NCBI GenBank assembly: GCA_964530345.1
Contig: CAZGYJ010000001.1
Location: 1-48,568, forward strand
DNA length: 48,568 nucleotides
DNA from: an uncultured Methylomonas sp.
GTDB taxonomy: Bacteria; Pseudomonadota; Gammaproteobacteria; Methylococcales; Methylomonadaceae
Direction: 5' to 3'
How positions within the stretch are numbered: position 1 is the stretch's first letter; every line of letters begins with the position of its first letter. Below are positions 46,967-48,568 of this stretch, piece after piece. The translations under genes were made by a program, and so were the position numbers. The notes below the pieces were generated by a model that saw nothing but the letters and a program-made list of their open reading frames with translations, made no database searches and was not told the DNA's origin.

Positions 46967-47983
46967 ATGGATAAAAAGAGTCTGCTTGACAAGCAGCATA
47001 ACCATACTGAAGCATCACTATCTGACAAACAACGGCACATAGTAACCGAGGCTGTCAACGCTGGCATTGATCGCTACATTGCGTCAAGAAAAGCCAAGGT
47101 ACCTGCATTTGTAGATCAATATTTTTCATTTAAAGGCGCTGTACAACTGCATCGAAACGCACTCGGAAGAGATCTTGTCAAAGCGCCTCTGAATCTGTTC
47201 TGGGTACTCCCTTTGACAATAAGCAAAATTGCATCCCATCTGTCAGAGAAAATTGGCTTAAAGAGGATAGCAATAATCTTAAAACGATTGCCACCGGGCT
47301 GGGAAACTGATGTCCAGAAAAAAATTAACTGGCTAATTTACACCGAACTTTTGGAACTCCCCTATCGACAAGAAAATTGTGAATCAAAAAAGGATGCCCT
47401 ACTCGAAGAAATTTTACGCGACCCTGCTCTCAATAAAATATTGGCTGATTATCTGGATAAGATAAGGCAGAAATCCACTGATCCTAATTTTCGTCAAACG
47501 CTGGAAGGCAACCTTCAGGAATATGCAACCAGCCGAATTGCCGTTTCTGAGTTGGCAAATAGCTTGATCACATTATCAACCAACCTAGCCGCTTTCCATA
47601 AAGCCGCACCTGGCGCACTTACTAGTGGCAGTGCCCTTGCAGGAGTCATTGCAGAAAAAATCGCCATTTCCCAATTTTGGCTAGGACCTACTTTAGGCGC
47701 TTGGTACTACAGCATTTTCCCGGCAACTGCTTCAACTGGCCTGGTCGTTGCGGCCACCGGATCTATTTTGGCCGGCTTGGCTTTACTCAGCACTTTAACG
47801 GGCGTCATTACTGATCCTTTGCAAGCGAAACTGGGATTGCACCAAAAACGACTCTATAAATTTCTAGATGCGCTGCATGCAAAACTTAAAGGATCAAAAA
47901 CAACCAACTACCGGCTTAAAGAGCAATATATTGCCAGAGTGTTTGATATTCTAGATTTATTGACAGCAGCCTTACGTCGTTAA
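46967..47983 (+). CDS. Hypothetical protein with a hydrophobic C-terminal half
   Basis: 338 aa. Soluble N-terminal half, then Ala/Gly/Leu-rich hydrophobic segments. No motif recognised with confidence. Confidence 0.5.
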   Translation: MDKKSLLDKQHNHTEASLSDKQRHIVTEAVNAGIDRYIASRKAKVPAFVDQYFSFKGAVQLHRNALGRDLVKAPLNLFWVLPLTISKIASHLSEKIGLKRIAIILKRLPPGWETDVQKKINWLIYTELLELPYRQENCESKKDALLEEILRDPALNKILADYLDKIRQKSTDPNFRQTLEGNLQEYATSRIAVSELANSLITLSTNLAAFHKAAPGALTSGSALAGVIAEKIAISQFWLGPTLGAWYYSIFPATASTGLVVAATGSILAGLALLSTLTGVITDPLQAKLGLHQKRLYKFLDALHAKLKGSKTTNYRLKEQYIARVFDILDLLTAALRR

Positions 47984-48014
47984 GGATTAAGCATTTACGA
48001 AAGGTATTGTTTTA

Positions 48015-48568
48015 TCACTGCTGTAATAAGATATTCACGACTTTGAGTTTGCCATCTAATTTAATTCCAAGACGAAGAGCGCGTGCAGATTCTGCCTCGT
48101 CTTTCCCTGGAAAAAATAAATAGCCATAGGCTAATTCACCTTTTCCTACCTTTTCATTACGCAAGGAATTGTGCCGCAAATCTCTTCTTATTTCAGAATC
48201 CAGCTTTTCGTGACGACCTCCACCACCATAAAGCGCACCAACACTTGCACCTACTGCAGCACCTTTTGCAATACCTTCACCAATATCATTGGCGAGGACA
48301 CCGATAGCAAAACCCGCCACTGCACCTGCTGCACCTAACAACACTGAGGGTTTTATCGCTCCTTTGAAAGTCTCCCCAACTTCTACACTGCTTTTGATAC
48401 GCTGATAAGCCTGTTCTGCCGTTAGTAAAGGCCAAGCCTGACCTTGCTCATCGATAAGAAAGGTTTGCCTGGGATCAACCTCTACAACACTATTACTCTG
48501 GTTATCAATAACGAGCCTAACCGGAAGTAAACCGGTACTACGAATATCAAACCCAAATACCTCTTTGG
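48015..48568 (-). CDS. Hypothetical glycine-zipper-containing protein, 5'-truncated by the window edge
   Basis: The ORF track calls 48015-48344 from an internal GTG. I translated upstream by hand and the same frame stays open to position 48568 (...KEVFGFDIRSTGLLPVRLVIDNQSN...). A Gly/Ala zipper GAAGAVAGFAIGV...GAAVGASVGALYGGGG is present. Confidence 0.55.
   Translation of the reverse strand, partial: KEVFGFDIRSTGLLPVRLVIDNQSNSVVEVDPRQTFLIDEQGQAWPLLTAEQAYQRIKSSVEVGETFKGAIKPSVLLGAAGAVAGFAIGVLANDIGEGIAKGAAVGASVGALYGGGGRHEKLDSEIRRDLRHNSLRNEKVGKGELAYGYLFFPGKDEAESARALRLGIKLDGKLKVVNILLQQ

Noticed and set aside
1-48568. CRISPR arrays, tRNA/rRNA genes, IS transposases, integrases, prophage or toxin-antitoxin modules
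   Set aside because: I found no regularly spaced direct repeats, no cloverleaf-like or rRNA-like segments in the intergenic gaps, and no ORF with transposase, integrase or phage hallmark motifs. The remaining small ORFs in the six-frame track lie inside or antisense to well-supported genes.

Overview
AT-rich chromosomal segment that looks like a gammaproteobacterial (type I, Methylococcales-like) methanotroph. The anchor is a complete particulate methane monooxygenase operon, pmoCAB (16719-19675, minus strand), with GGAGG ribosome-binding sites and a clean rho-independent terminator. About 50 CDSs are supported. Much of the window is conserved housekeeping synteny: mtgA; comEC / DUF2062 / lolC-lolD; fur divergent from bamE; crp divergent from an OsmC-family gene plus speD; dcd; apbC(mrp) divergent from metG; an rnfB-like ferredoxin followed by nth; hspQ. 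Three accessory blocks stand out. (1) 39043-41625 is an HvfABC/bufferin-type RiPP operon. It encodes a Sec-exported 248-aa Gly/Lys/Cys/Met low-complexity precursor with 16 Cys (8 in exact EGKCG motifs) and three tandem ~47-aa repeats, followed by a DUF692 (MNIO, MbnB-like) enzyme and a DUF2063 partner. A REPIN-like 29-bp perfect inverted repeat sits between the precursor and enzyme genes. I rate this the most interesting system in the window: a candidate multi-site copper-binding peptide/protein in an organism whose key enzyme needs copper. (2) 19958-27980, directly upstream of and divergent from pmoC, holds a MacB/FtsX-type ABC transporter paired with a ZnuA-type binding protein. It is followed by a convergent four-gene envelope operon (BNR propeller, His-brace CopC, two unknown membrane-anchored periplasmic proteins) with no copD. 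(3) 5281-8484 is a CheY-like receiver, CheC-like phosphatase and PAS-GGDEF-EAL operon. A ~165-bp MITE/REP-like hairpin element (45430-45594) has a solo half-copy at 5179-5224. I found no rRNA, tRNA, CRISPR array, transposase or integrase. All family calls come from motif recognition by eye; no database search was run.
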